Shown here: positions 12,451 through 26,029 of the stretch, piece by piece
Layout: each line of letters starts with the position of its first letter
Position numbering within the stretch: position 1 is the stretch's first letter
NCBI RefSeq assembly: GCF_004010195.1
Contig: NC_057751.1
Coordinates: 18,197,325 to 18,261,324, forward strand
Source of the DNA: Chiloscyllium plagiosum
Taxonomy: Eukaryota
Direction: 5' to 3'
Length of the DNA stretch: 64,000 nt
Notes under the pieces: generated by a model
The model's database searches: none
Told to the model about the DNA's origin: nothing
The model's input: the letters and a program-made list of their open reading frames with translations, nothing else
Position numbers and translations under genes: made by a program

Positions 12451-14965
12451 AGAACATAGAACAGTAGAGCGCAGAACAGGCCCTTCAGCCCACGATGTTG
12501 TGCCGACCACTGATCCTCATGTATGCACCCTCAAATTTCTGTGACCATATGTATGTCAAGGAGTCTCTTAAATGTCCCCAATGACCCTGCCTCCACAACT
12601 GCTGCTGGCAACGCATTCCATGCTCTCACAACTCTCTGTGTAAAGAACCCGCCTCTGACATCCCCTCTATACTTTCCTCCAACCAGCTTAAAACTATGAC
12701 CCCTCATGTTAGTCATTTCTGNNNNNNNNNNNNNNNNNNNNNNNNNNNNNNNNNNNNNNNNNNNNNNNNNNNNNNNNNNNNNNNNNNNNNNNNNNNNNNN
12801 NNNNNNNNNNNNNNNNNNNNNNNNNNNNNNNNNNNNNNNNNNNNNNNNNNNNNNNNNNNNNNNNNNNNNNNNNNNNNNNNNNNNNNNNNNNNNNNNNNNN
12901 NNNNNNNNNNNNNNNNNNNNNNNNNNNNNNNNNNNNNNNNNNNNNNNNNNNNNNNNNNNNNNNNNNNNNNNNNNNNNNNNNNNNNNNNNNNNNNNNNNNN
13001 NNNNNNNNNNNNNNNNNNNNNNNNNNNNNNNNNNNNNNNNNNNNNNNNNNNNNNNNNNNNNNNNNNNNNNNNNNNNNNNNNNNNNNNNNNNNNNNNNNNN
13101 NNNNNNNNNNNNNNNNNNNNNNNNNNNNNNNNNNNNNNNNNNNNNNNNNNNNNNNNNNNNNNNNNNNNNNNNNNNNNNNNNNNNNNNNNNNNNNNNNNNN
13201 NNNNNNNNNNNNNNNNNNNNNNNNNNNNNNNNNNNNNNNNNNNNNNNNNNNNNNNNNNNNNNNNNNNNNNNNNNNNNNNNNNNNNNNNNNNNNNCTTATC
13301 AAATGCCTTGCTGAAGTCCATATACACCACATCCACAGCTCGACCCTCATCAACGTTTCTAGTCACATCCTCAAATAACTCGATAAGGTTTGTGAGGCAT
13401 GACCTGCCCCTTACAAAGCCGTGTTGACTGCATTTAATCAAGCCATACTCTTCCAGATGGTCATAAATCCTATTCCCAGAATCCTTTCTAACACCTTGCA
13501 GACGACAGACTTACTGGTCTGTAATTGCCGGGAATTTTCCTATTTCCTTTCTTGAAGAGAGGAATTACATTTGCCTCTCTCCAGTCCTCAGGAACCACTC
13601 CAGTGGAGAGCAAGGATGAAAAGATCTTCGCAAGTGGTGAAGCAATTGCATTTCTCGTTTCCCAAAGCAGCCGAGGACACATCTGGCCCGGGCCTGGCGA
13701 CTTGTCAATCTTAATGTTTGACAAAAATTTCAGCACATCAGCTTCCTCTATCTCTATCCATTTCAGCATGTACATCTGCTCTTCAAAGGTTTCATTCACT
13801 GCAAAGTTCGTTTCTTTCGTAAATACAGAAGCAAAAAACTCATTTAGGGCTTCCCCTACCTCCTCAGACTCCACACACAAATTCCCTATGCTATCCCTGA
13901 ACGGGTCTACTCTTTCTTTGACCATTCTCTTATTCCTCACATAAGTGTAAAATGCCTTTGTGTTCTCCCAAATCCGTTCTGCCAAGCCTGTCTCGTGCCC
14001 CCTCCTGGTTCTCCTCAGACCATGTTTAACACCTTCCTTGCCTGCCTGTAATCCTGTAGAGCTGAGCTTGACCCTCGCTTCCTCCACCTTACGAAAGCTA
14101 CCTTTTTCCTTTTGACGATCCTTGCCTGCCTGTAATCCTGTGGAGCTGAGCTTGACCCTAGCTTCTTCTACCTTACGAAAGCTACCTTTTTCCTTTTGAC
14201 GAGAAGCTCCACCGCCCTCGTCATCCAAGGTTCCTTTATCTTACCCCTTCTTGCCTGTCTCAGAGGGACATATTTATTCATCACTTAAACAACTGTTCCT
14301 TAAACAGTCTCCACATGTCTATAGTGCCTTTACCATGGAACAACTGCTTCCAATCCATGCTTTCTAACTCATGTCTAATCGCATCATAGTTTCCTCTTCC
14401 CCAATTAAAAATCCTCCCATTTTGCCTAATCCTCTCCTTCTCCATAGCTTTGTAGAATGTGAGGCAGTTGTGGTCACTATCACCAAAATGCTGTCCCACC
14501 ACAAGATCTGATACCTGCCCCGGCTCATTGCCAAGCACCAAGTCAAAATGGCCTCTCCCCTCGTCGGCCTGTCAGCGTACTGAGTTAGGAAACCCTCCTG
14601 AACACAACTTACAAAAACAGCTTCATTCAAATCTTCTGCTCGAAGGAGTTTCCAATCAATATTGGGAAAGTTAAAGTCACCCATTACAACAACCCGACTA
14701 CGTCCACACTTTTCCAAAATCTGCCGACTTATGTTTTCTTCCATCTCTCTGCTGCTATTGGGGTGCCTGTAGTAAACCCCTAAAGAGGTGACTGCTCCCT
14801 TGCTGTTCCTAATTTCCACCCATACTGACTCGGTAGGCAGATCTTCCTCAACAATGGAAGCTTCTGTAGCTGTGAGGCCCTCTCTGATTAGTAGTGCTAC
14901 AGCCCCTCCTCTTTTTCCCAACCTCCCTATTCTTTTTAAATTCTCTAAACCCTGGAACATCCAGC
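12451..14965 (-). mobile_element. Relatively young 5'-truncated CR1 LINE (EN, tether, RT, 3' tail) spanning an assembly gap
   Basis: ORFs with GKRGGAVALLI, SVWVEIRN, VVVMGDFNFPNIDW, KSPGP, VPEDWREANVIPLFKKG, QHGFVRGRSCLTNLIE and DFSKAFDK; 3' tail (GTTCTAT)n at 12451-12461. Confidence 0.95.
12722..13294. other. Assembly gap (573 N)
   Basis: Run of N inside the CR1 RT region. Confidence 1.
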
Positions 14966-16165
14966 AACCATCCAGCAAGAAGATCAATAATATCCCTACT
15001 GGCATAGCATTCACGAAAGTGGAAGAAAACAGCAGCGAACTACCATTCCTGGATGTCACAATAGCGCAGTCAGTAGGAAATTTCAAACCAGTTTCTCCTA
15101 AAAAAATAACGCATATGTACCAAATATTGAACTGCAGAAGCAATCATCCAAACAGTTACAAGCGACGCTGCATTAGGTCATTAGTTCAACAAGCCACCAT
15201 ACACTGCGAAGAGTATTAAAAAAAACACTTATACAGGCAAACAATACCACAATCCACCAATTTCTAGCAGAAAATACAAAGAAGAAAACAAAACGAGCCC
15301 AGAAGCCCTAAACACTTTTCCCTACAACAAAGACATCTCTGAGATGATTGCCATACTACTCAGAACTCTTGGAATCATGTTAGCCCACAAATCCGCCAAA
15401 TTACAGGTAATGAATTTCTAAAGACCCGAATCAGACAACAAGCAAAATGAACGTCATTTACAAAACACCTTAAAAGGACTGCCAAAAAACCCCACTGCAT
15501 TAGACACACAGGCAGAAAACTAGCCACCAGGACACATTAACGTCAACTAGTCACAAAAAGGCATGACCCACTATCACTAATATCCATACTACACATAAGG
15601 ACACCACTTTACTTCGACACCACATCCATCCTAGGACAAGCCAAACAGAGACCCAGAGCGCCAGAGACCCGGGTTCAATTCCCGCCTCAGGCGACTGACT
15701 GTGTGGAGTTTGCACGTTCTCCCCGTGTCTGCGTGGGTTTCCTCCGGGTGCTCCGGTTTCCTCCCACAGTCCAAAAATGTGCAGGTTAGGTCAATTGGCC
15801 ATGCTAAATTGCCTGTAGTGTTAGGTAAGGGGTAAATGTAGGGGTATGGGTGGTTACGCTTCTGCGGGTCGGTGTGGACTTGTTGGGCCGAAGGGCCTGT
15901 TTCCACACTGTAATGTAATCTAATATAATCTAATCTAATCATTGCACTCCAACTGTAACTCTATCAAAAACACATTACTTTACAACTCATTTGACTTCCA
16001 CTGATAAAAAGAACCATAAATGACAGCACCAACACTCAATGAAGCGTAAACACAGAAATTAGAAGTGGGACATAACACCAGTGCTTCCTGGGCGGCTCAA
16101 TGAAAAAGGTACCTCGTAATGTGACAAAACATCTGAAACCGAACCTTCCAACTCAGCGAGCAATG
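14966..16165 (+). mobile_element. Penelope-like element, 3' part (RT end, GIY-YIG, 3' end with decayed hammerhead motif)
   Basis: INNIPTGIAFTKVEENSSELPFLDVTI and LNCRSNHPNSYKRRCIRSL continue the frame broken at 12450. GIY-YIG remnant NVIYKTP..GRKLATR. The 3' end resembles the reverse complement of 41265-41350. Confidence 0.85.
15657..15940 (+). mobile_element. HE1-type SINE lacking its A box, inserted in the Penelope element
   Basis: Nearly identical to 4479-4752 (B box GGTTCAATTCC, V-domain, (AATCT)n tail). Confidence 0.93.
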
Positions 16166-16504
16166 TCACATGCTCCTGATTTGTTCCTGCAGGTTTTGCC
16201 ATCGTAAAGTCTTGTTTAGTACCTTAATGCTTCTGCCACACAAAGTTCTGTCTGCTTTATCGTCGCTTACACATTTGATTGATTTGTGTACATTTGTTCT
16301 CAGAAGCTGAAAGCAACTTATGCCACCGAGTAAATGATAGAACATGCCCAACACAGGGCTGCGTTGGTGGTGGTGGTGGTAGTAGGTCTGTGTGCAGGTA
16401 TAAGGAGAATTAAAGAGGGGTAAGGCCCGTCCAATAACGCAAACAGATCTTTAACTTTAATGACTCAGCTTCTGAGCACAGGAGACTGAATGGGGACATT
16501 GAAT

Positions 16505-16850
16505 AACAATCAGAATCCCTACAATATTGGTCCCTTTTGCCCAATAAATCTATACCGATCCTCTGACGAGTGTCCCACCCAAACACACGACCGTACCCTA
16601 TTGTTCTCCATATCCCCTAAAGAATGAACCTAACCAACATATCCCTGAGCAGTGTGGGCAATTGCAGCTTTGACCAACTCACATAAACTTCATATCTTTG
16701 GAACGTAGAAGGAAAAATGAGTACCTGGATGAAACACATCCTGACAAAGAGAGAACTTGCAAACTGCACGCAGTCAGTCGCCAAAAACTGGAATCGATCT
16801 TGGTCGTTTAAAGCAGCATTGCTAACGACTTAGCCACCATATCGCCCCCT
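16505..16850 (-). mobile_element. Old HE1-type SINE
   Basis: The reverse complement reads GGGGGCGATATGGTGGCTAAGTCGTTAGCAATGCTGC ... GACTGACTGCGTGCAGTTTGCAAGTTCTCTC, a diverged version of 4439-4752. Confidence 0.75.
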
Positions 16851-17409
16851 GGCTGTGATGCATAAAATTATCAAGGTGTCAAATATATTATGCAGGAAGA
16901 CACGTTTGTTTAATGAAGGAATCAATGACAGTTGGCATAGATTAATGTTCAAAGTTAGAAATGATAAGATGAGAGTCTTTGGATATTGCTTTCACCCAGA
17001 GCGTACTGGAAGTTTGGAACACGCGGAGGATTTACGTTTTTATTTGTTGTCTTCCCGCCGATAAGCCAAAATCGAGACAATGGCATGAGGCTATTCAGGA
17101 CACTGTTACGCAGCAGATGTTTCGATTTTTTTTCCGACCATGCTGGGAAATTCTATGCATCGATGCATGGTCTGAGTAAGATCTGTCATGCCGCTATGAT
17201 GTACACACACGCCTGACCTGTACAGTTGTCCAAGTCCAAACTCCCAGTTCTCGGTGACTATGCTGAAAGTTAGTTTCCAAGGATCCTATTTGTGTTACTG
17301 GAGGCTATTTATTTTCTCGTCATAAGGGAATGTTTTCATCATGACATCCCATAGTGACAGTGGGAGACTCATCCCTAACATTAACAGAGATCGTGAGCAT
17401 CAGAAATGG

Positions 17410-20400
17410 AACATAGAACATTGAACAATTCAGTGCAGAACACGCTCTTTGGCCCTCAGTGCTGCACCGACCTGTGAACTATTCTAAGCTCATCTCCCTA
17501 CACTATCCCATCATCGTTCACGTGCTTATAGAAGGAATATTTATATCTCCCTAATGTGGCTGTGTTAACCACATTGGCAGATAGGGTATTCCAAGCGCTT
17601 AGCACTCTCTGATTTAAGAACTTGCCTCTCACATCTGTCTTAAATCTATCACCCCTCAATTTGTCTACCCTATCTAAACCTCTGATTATCTTGTATGTCT
17701 CTATCAAATCCCTTCTTAGCCTTCTTCTTTCCAACGAGAACAGACATAAGTCTTAGTCTTTCCTCATAACAGCTTCTCACCCGATCAGGCTACACCCTGT
17801 TAAATCTCCTCTACACCTTTTCCAATGCTTCCACGTCATACCCAAAATATGGCGAACAAAACTGTACCCAATATTTCAATTGCGGCCGCACTAGTGTTTT
17901 GTACAGTTGCTGCATGACATTGCGGCTCCGAAACTCAACCCATTTACTAATAAAACTTAACTTACCGTATGCCTTCTTAACAGCACTATCAACCTGGGTG
18001 GCAACTTTCAGGGATCTATGTACATGGACTCCAAGACCGCTCTGCATATTCACACTACCAATAATCTTTTCATTGCCCAGTACTCAGCCGTGTTGTTATT
18101 CTTCCCAAAGTGAATCACTTCACATTTAGCTGCGTTGAACTCTATTTGCCACCTCTCAGCCCAAGCCTGCAGTTTATCCAAGTCTCCCTGCAACCTGTAA
18201 CATTCTTCTACACTATCCACTACTCCAACGACTTCAGTATCATCTGAAAATTTACTAATCCATCCACCTATTCCTGCCTCTAAGTCATTTATATAAGTGA
18301 CAAAGGGCAGTGGTCCCAAAACAGATTCTTCTGACACACCAGGATTTTTCCTGGGTAGATGACGTCAGATTGCACGAGAGGGCATAACTACAAATTGAGG
18401 GGTGATAGTTTTAAGAGACATGTCAAAGAAAGGTTCTTTATGCAGAGAGTGGTAAGGTCGTGGAATGCCCTACCTGCTAATGTTGTCAACTCAGCCACAT
18501 TAGGGAGATTTAAACAATCCTTAGATAAGCACATGGATGATTTTGGTAATGGTATAGGGGGACGAACTGAGAATAGTTCACAGGTTGCTGCAAATTCGAG
18601 GACCGATGGGCCTGTTCTGCGCTGTATTGTTCTATGTTCTACCACTAATAACTGGACTTCATACTGAATATTTTCCATCAACCACCATTCGCTGCCTTCT
18701 TTTAGAAAGCCAGTTTCTAATCCAAACTGCGAAATCACACTCAAACCCGTGCCTCTGTATTTTCTCCAACTGCATACCATGTGGAAACGTATCAAAGGCT
18801 TTACTGATGTCCATATATACCACGTCAACTGCCCTACGCTCATCTACATGTTTGAACCCCTTCTCCAAAAACTCAATGAAGTTTGTGACACACGGCCTAT
18901 CCTTGACGAAACCATGTTGACTATCTGAAATCAAATTGTTGCCTGCTAAATTATTCCAAATTCTACCTCTTATTTTCATTTCTAAAACTTTTCCTACAAC
19001 AGAAGGAAGGCTCACTGGTCTATAATTACCTGCCGTTCTTGAACAAGGGCACATCATTTGCAATCCTCCATTCCTTTGGTACTAACGCTGTAGGCATGAC
19101 GACTGAAAATCAAAGTCAAAGGCTTCGATATCTCCTCCCAAGCTTCCCAGAGAATCCTCGGATTAATCCCATCCCGTCCGGGGACTTGTCTACTTTTACT
19201 CCTTCTAGAATTAATAACACCTTTTCATAACTAACCACAATCCTTTCTCGTCTAATATCTCGTATCTCATCCTTCCCCTCTCCAATATTCCCATTTTCCT
19301 GAGTAGAAACCGATGAGAAATGTTCATTTAGCACCTCTCTGATCTCCACACGATCCATACTCAGCTTCTCACTTCTTTCTGTGACTGTCCCTATTCATAC
19401 CCTCGACACCCTTTTATTCCTCACATACCGGTCGAAAGCTTTAGGGTTCCTCTTTGTTCTATCTGCTAAAGACTGCTCGTGCCCTCTCTCTGCTCTTCTT
19501 AACTCTCTCTTCAAATACCTCCTAGCTGTTCTGTAACTCCATCGCCTCATCTGAACCATCTTGTCTCATCAATATGTAAGCCTCCTTCTTCTGCTTAACA
19601 AGAGATGCAATTTCCGGAGTAAACCACAGTGCCCTTACCTTATCACATCCTCCATACAGGACTGGGGCATACCTATCAAGGACACATAATATCTGTTCCT
19701 TAAACCAGCTCCACATTTCCATTCTCTGCTTCCTATCCATTTTGCTGCTCCAGTGTGTGCATCCTATTTCTTGCCTAACTGCATTATAATCGCCCTTGTC
19801 CCAGCAATACGTTTTGAGCTGTGGCATATGCCTATCCCTTTCCATCGCTAAACTAAACGCAAATAAATGATGGTCACTCTCCCCAAAGTGCTCAGCTACA
19901 ATTAAATCAAACACCTGAGTTGGTTCATTAGCAAGCCCCAGGTCCAATGTGGCCTCCCCTCTTGGCATCCTGTCGACATATTGTGTCTGGAAACCCTCCT
20001 GTACACATTGAACTAAAGCTGATCCATCCGACGTACTAGAGTTACAGCATTTCCAGTCAATGTTGACGAAATTAATGACCCCATAATAACCACCCTGTTC
20101 ATTTCACTCCTACCTAGGATAATTTTGCCAATCCTTTTCTCCACCTCCCTGGAACTCTGCAGATGCCTATAACAAACCAAGCCGTGTGACATCTTCCCTC
20201 CTGTTTCTAACCTCACCCATAACACCTCAGTAGACGAGTCTTCATCAAAAGTTCTTTTATCCACCATTATAGTATCCTTGACTATCAAGGACACAACTCC
20301 CCATACTTTACTGTCTAACCTGTTCTTAATGAAAGATCTAAATTCGGCAACCTACAAAATCAATTCCTCACCCTGCACGATCCATGCTCCTGAAATGGCG

Positions 20401-21025
20401 ACAGCATTGAAGTTCCAGGTACCTATCCGTGCTGCAAGCTCACCACCTGATTTTGGATACTTCTGGCATTGAAGTAGACACACTTCAAACCAGCTTTCTG
20501 TCTGCCAGCACATTCCTGTGACACTGAAATCCTGTCCCTGTCCTCCCTACTGCCATCCTCCTGTGCACTAGAACTACAGTTCAGGTTCACATATCTCTGC
20601 TGAGCTAATTTAAACTCACCCGAATAGCACCAGCAAATTTCCACCCCAGGATAGAAGTGCACCTCTGGTTCAAGTGAAGACTGTCCTGTTTGTACAGTTC
20701 CCACCTTGTCCAGAATGACCCCCCAATTATCCAAGTACCTGAAATCCTCTCTCCTGCACTATCCTTCCAGCCACGTGTTCAGCTGGCATCTCTCCCTATT
20801 CCTTGCCTCAGTATCACGTGACACGGGTACCAAGCCAGAGATAACAAATCTGTTTGTTCTAGCTCTCAGTTTCCACCCATGCTCGCTGAAATCCTGCCTT
20901 ACATCCCTACCACTCTTTCTACCTATGCCATTGGTATCTACGTTGACCACGACTTGGGGCTGGTCACCCTTTCCCTTCAGCAGCCCAACGATATGATCCG
21001 AGACATCATGGACCCTAGCACCTGG
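17410..21025 (-). mobile_element. Long CR1 LINE (ORF1 esterase region, ORF2 EN and RT, 3' tail), decayed, with a nested insertion at about 18342-18640
   Basis: ORF1 SGNH-like VNVDTNGIGRK..VISGLVPV; ORF2 start LKCVYFNARSI; EN ESDHHL; RT QHGFVKDRPCVTNFIEF, VLGPLPFVTYINDL..ISKFSDDT and YKTLVRPQLKYWVQF; tail (GTTCTAT). Confidence 0.93.
18342..18640 (+). mobile_element. CR1 3' end inserted antisense into the 17410-21025 CR1
   Basis: TRGHNYKLRGDSFKRHVKERFFMQRVVRSWNALP and a GTTCTATGTTCT tail. The host sequence ACACC|ACTAATAACTGG resumes after it. Confidence 0.88.
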
Positions 21026-21799
21026 GTATTTTGTATTTTGTTTGAGTATTTTGTTTTTGTCTCCTTACCGCTTTAGAAAGGGCTGCAGGGAGAGAAACTG
21101 CAACAATGATAACAGGATTGACGGCTGAATAAAGACTGGATTAGTTAAGTGTTCATTCAATGGCGTTTGGAAAAATGATGTGGGATCAAACAGCAACCAG
21201 AACATTTCAACAGTCAAGGTAAAAGCAGGATGGATATTTTGGGGAATCAGGAAGTCTAGCAGAGGTACAGAGTATAAGGATATAGAGTAAAATAAACTAC
21301 CTAGAACTGGGCTGAGAAGGAATATCTTCACCAAAGAATGATGTGCCGGTGGAATGCATAGGCAAAGAAAAATATTGACATCACAACATGGACTGTTTTC
21401 GAGGTGGAGAAAAATGTTGGTCTTTTGGCTAAAGGGATGAACGAATATGAGGAATAAGTATTGGAACATTTACGGGCTTCCAGGACTAGCATCACTCTTA
21501 CCACACCCAGCCACATATGCAGTCGCACCCCTTTGCCAGTGTCTACCGCCATCATTAATTTCTCCGCCCCTACACCATCATAATCATTCAATTGACGATT
21601 CCTGATACCGAACATAACTCTGTTCAGTAGTCTGTAAATCTCAATATAGTTCTGCATGACACCTCCAATATCAGTTGAGTTCTGGCCCAATCTCCTCAAC
21701 TGCTTCTCATACTGCAAGCCAAAAACATTCTTATAAAACTTTTTGGAAACTTTCCAGACCACTGTTTCCCTCCTGCCATTAGGGGTGCACATCTGATCA

Positions 21800-23750
21800 A
21801 AAAAGTGCAGAATGCAGTTTGTCCAGATCCTGCTGGAAAGGAAGGACTGCAGGAAAAGTGGTAATCAGGCATAGATAACGAAAGAAGTAAAAAAGCGTAT
21901 GAAATCGAAAGCTATTGCACGCAATGTGGCAAAGCACAGTGGGAAATGAGGGAATTCAGAAACTTTCAAAGGTCAAAAGACTTGCCACAAAGAAAAGTTA
22001 CAGAGAAAGGTAATAATGAGAGTAAATAAGCTTAGAATATTTTAAACAAAGCTTTAAAACGAGAAAGAGAAGCTAAAGCAAAAATTGGCTCTTTAGAAGT
22101 TGTGAAGCTGGATGTACTAGCTGAAAGTGAGGAAATGGCCGAGCTATTGAACAAGTATTGTCTCTCTGTCTTCACAGTGGAAGACAGAAATAACATGCCA
22201 ATATTTGATGACAAGGAGGCTATGTCAGGCTGAGAGCTGGAAGCGATCATTTTCATTAAAATACTAGTATTGGGCAAGTTAAAACGGTTGGAAGTGGACA
22301 AATATCCTGAACCTGATGGAATGCATCTACGGGTACTAAACATGAAGGTGGGGAATTAGGAAATGTGGTCGTGGTAATTTTTCAGAATTCGCTGGGTCGT
22401 TCCAACAGATTGGAAAAAAGAAAATTTGACACCACTGTTTCAAGAAAAAAAGAAGGTCGAGAAAATGTGAGTCAGTGTATACCCATTAACTTAGCCTCTG
22501 TAGAGTGAAAAATGTTGAGAACTGCATTCAAGGACGATTTAGTGAGACATCGGGGCTGAAATTGTCTAAATGACCAGACACAGCATAGGTGTATGAAACG
22601 CAAGTCAGTTTTAGTGTTTTATTGGAAAGACATTACAGGCAAAGTGGACATTGGGGAATTGGTGCGTGCAGTGTCTCTGGATTGGCATTCGACAAAATTG
22701 CACACAAAAGTTTATTGTACACAATAAAGATGGAGTGCATTGCGGGTATATGTTAGTAGGGACAGACGATTGGTGAATTAACAGAAAGCTAAGAATGAAG
22801 ATAGATGGTTTTTGTTAACGATCAGTGGTTAATGGTGTTCCTCATTGATCAGCATTGGAACCGCAATTGTCTACAATTTACACAAAGGTTTTACAGTTGC
22901 GGACCAAATGCAGAGTTCACAGATGAATAGTAGAGCAAAGTATGCAGATGACACTGAAAGCATGCAGACGGATATACATCGGTTGAGGAGAATTGATATG
23001 TCTGATAGAGTACTATATTTGTCATTTTGGTATTATCCATTTTAATTAAATGGTGAACAATTGCAGCATGTTGCGATGCAGAGTGATCTCTGTGTCCATG
23101 TCTGTCAATTACAAAAATATGTTAATTTGAAGGTGCAGCAGCCAATTACAAGGGGGAATGGCATACTGTCATTCATTGCTTGAGGGGTGGAGTCAAAATA
23201 GAGTGCTGCTGAGGCCACACGTGAAGTTCTGCGTGCAGTTTTGGTTTTCAGACTTGTGAAAGGATGTACTGGAACGGGATGGGTACAGAGGAGATTCACT
23301 GATTTGATTCCAGAATCGACAGCGTTAGCTTGTGTGGACAGATTGAGTAATTTGGGTCGATACTCATTAGAATTTAAAAGAATGAAGGGGCATCGTATAG
23401 AAACATAGATAAAAGAGTCGTAATAAGGTTGTTTGGAGAACTAGAAGTAGGGGGCTTAGCCTTAACAGAGGACGAGAAGATTTAGTTCCGAGTTGAGGAA
23501 GAACGTCTTCACTAAAATTGTGAATTTGCTGCCCAGTTGAGCAATTCAGGCCAGCTTATTGGAAGTTCTTTTTTTAAGGGAAACATAGATAGACTGTTGA
23601 ACAATAAGGGAATTAACGGTTGCAGTCAGATGGAAGGTAGGTAGAGCTGAGTGCACGAAAAGATCAGCGAGATGTCTTCCAGATGGTGGAGTATACTCGA
23701 TGGGCAAGCTGGTCTAGTCCTGCTCCGATGCTTTGTATTATTATTTTCCA
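21800..23750 (+). mobile_element. Old CR1 LINE (tether, RT, 3' end)
   Basis: EMAELLNKYCLSVFTVED, VDKYPEPDGMHLRVL and further RT remnants, with many stops and frameshifts. Confidence 0.8.
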
Positions 23751-24209
23751 CACTTGTTCTCTAGTATTCTTAACAACTCGAAATAAATTTTAACATTGCA
23801 ATTGCCTGCCTAAGTGCAAACTAACCTGCATGTTAACCTCAGCAGTGTCCTGATCCAGCAATGTAAAGTTAAATCTCCAAGCTGTTCAGCATTCGATCCT
23901 ACCACTCCGTCTCATCGTCACTGCCATCCTATTAGTCATTCACCATGCGCATCACCATCCTGAACATCTACATTGCAATATCAGTCCTGTCCCTTTGGCG
24001 GATCTCCTTGTCAAACATCTCACTGAATCCTCACACCACACCATTTCTCCTATCCCATTTGCCAGTCCACATGTCCATCTTCGCTCTGAACACCACGTCG
24101 CACCATCACGCACAGACTTTTAGCGAATCCACTTGGCCATCACCACATGCCTCCGAACTATATCTATGAATTAAAAATGCTTTTTAATTGCTCGAAAATC
24201 CCATACCTA

Positions 24210-24780
24210 CGAACCTACGAATTCCCTCTGTTAGCATCCAACCACTCATGTGAGTCTCACTGAGCTATTGTTTTCTGCATTAACCTTACTTCCATTCTTG
24301 AACAGATGAATAGCATCCTCCAGGACTTCTGCACTGGCTAGCGAATATTGAAGTATCTCGTTCTACGCAATCAGCAACCTCCTCTCTTGCCTCTCTCAGT
24401 AATCTGGAGTAGATATCATCGTGGCATGGGCACTTAATTGCCATAATGTTCTTCAAAAGAAACAACACCATATCTTTCCTGATCTCAAGATGTCCTAGCA
24501 TATTGCCATGCCCCGAACTAATTTCATTAAACTTCATGTTCTACTCCTGCGTAATATTGATGCATAATACTGATTTAGGATTTCACCAGAATCGACTGCC
24601 TCCAAGCAGAAGTTCCCTTCTTTTCAAATTTGATGGTGGGTTAATCAGATTCTTTTTTTATAAATTATCTTCTCATTCGCAAGATTATGGCTCTCTTCTA
24701 TTTCTTATTCCTGTGTGGAAAGATTTTTAAGTCCTCCTAAAGGGTTAAGATCTCGAAGAATTTCTTACTTTGTGTCAGCT
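24210..24780 (-). mobile_element. CR1 fragment, degenerate
   Basis: IKCPCHDDIYSRLLREAREEVA, the KSPGPD.IYPRLL motif region. Confidence 0.65.
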
Positions 24781-26029
24781 CGAATGCTGAAACAAACCTG
24801 TCAAAACTAGTTTGCTCAATCCTTTGAATTCAATCTTCATTTGTCCAGGCATTTGTTTTTATTCGAAAACGTTTTTGATAGGCCTCAGACACTAACTCGT
24901 TTGCACACCGTAAAGCTTTTCAACGTCTTAATTCTGAAAAGCCTCTGTGGATGATGAAACATAAAGTTATTGTGCTTTTCCTCCGACCAATCCTTAGTTT
25001 GCAGTGTCCAACGTTGTGCGGAAATGTCATTCGACTCAAAACGTTTACTCTGATTACTCTCCACAGATTATTCCAAACATGCTGAGCGTTTTCAGCAATT
25101 TTTGTTTCTGTTTCTACTTTACAGTTAGCGCAGATTTTTTTTTTTTGTTTTTATTTTACACAATCCTCTTTTGCTTGACTCGCCTGGTGAGTCATTTTCT
25201 CAAATAACTTATACAGTGTGTTCACATTGTTTTCCACAAGTTTCAGTAGGGTACGTGGCAACTTACAACATTTCATTTTCTGTGCTTGCATTTATTACTC
25301 ACATTGCTTTCAGCCGAACTTCCATCACATCCGATATCTGCTCTTCCACAGGCATCAGGTTAACTTTGCTCTCGTTTTTTTTCTTTCCATTTGTAATTGT
25401 GATTAATCTTCGTATTTCTATTTTCTGCATTTTAAGTTCCATTTCCATCTGAGTTCCCGTTTCTCATCTATTTCTGCCATTATTTTATTTTCTCATGTTC
25501 TCCTTCAGTTTTAACCGTCATCACTGATTCAGTCATAGTACCAGGAATATTTGGTCTGTCTTGCATTCCCTGTAAAGACAAGGGTGCCATTCTGGAAGTT
25601 CTACCAAACAATGCTCCCTGCAGTTCACACACTAGCCAGCAAGTCTGGTCTTTGAAAGTTCCCCTAGGACTACAGGCCAACTATGCTGTCTGAAGGATAC
25701 CCTTGACATTCCCAGTGGCATTTCTCAAACGCAATACAGAAACTATTGTTATTAATAACGAAGCTAAATTAATTTTCCCTCTACCAAAAACAATCCAGAA
25801 TAAGTCCACAAACATTCATATGCCTCCGTGGAACACTGTGCAGAGAATCAAATCGTACTATTCTTGGAGATGTCAGAAATGATAAAGATTGTAATAAATA
25901 CACTGAATTACCGGATAGCCAAACGTCACCGGAATACCAATGGCTGGCGTTACAATTTCATGACGACATCGTGAATGAACAGGTATTGTAGGAACTGACT
26001 GCAATATTCGGCTTTCTATTGATCAATTC

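Noticed and set aside
12696..13441. Four 200+ aa ORFs in the track
   Set aside because: They are artefacts of translating the N gap.
14364..15143. 259-aa ORF as a gene
   Set aside because: It is a chimeric read-through from antisense Penelope sequence into the CR1 endonuclease.
25010..25115. Further hammerhead-like Penelope tails (also about 1040-1130, 32965-33050 and 52925-53025)
   Set aside because: They are too degenerate and the core boxes are not intact, so they are not called as ribozymes.
25900..25975. Possible orphan GPCR exon 1 on the minus strand (..TPAIGIP / FGYP before GT)
   Set aside because: The match is short, the phase is wrong, and no associated exon 2 was found, so it may be chance.
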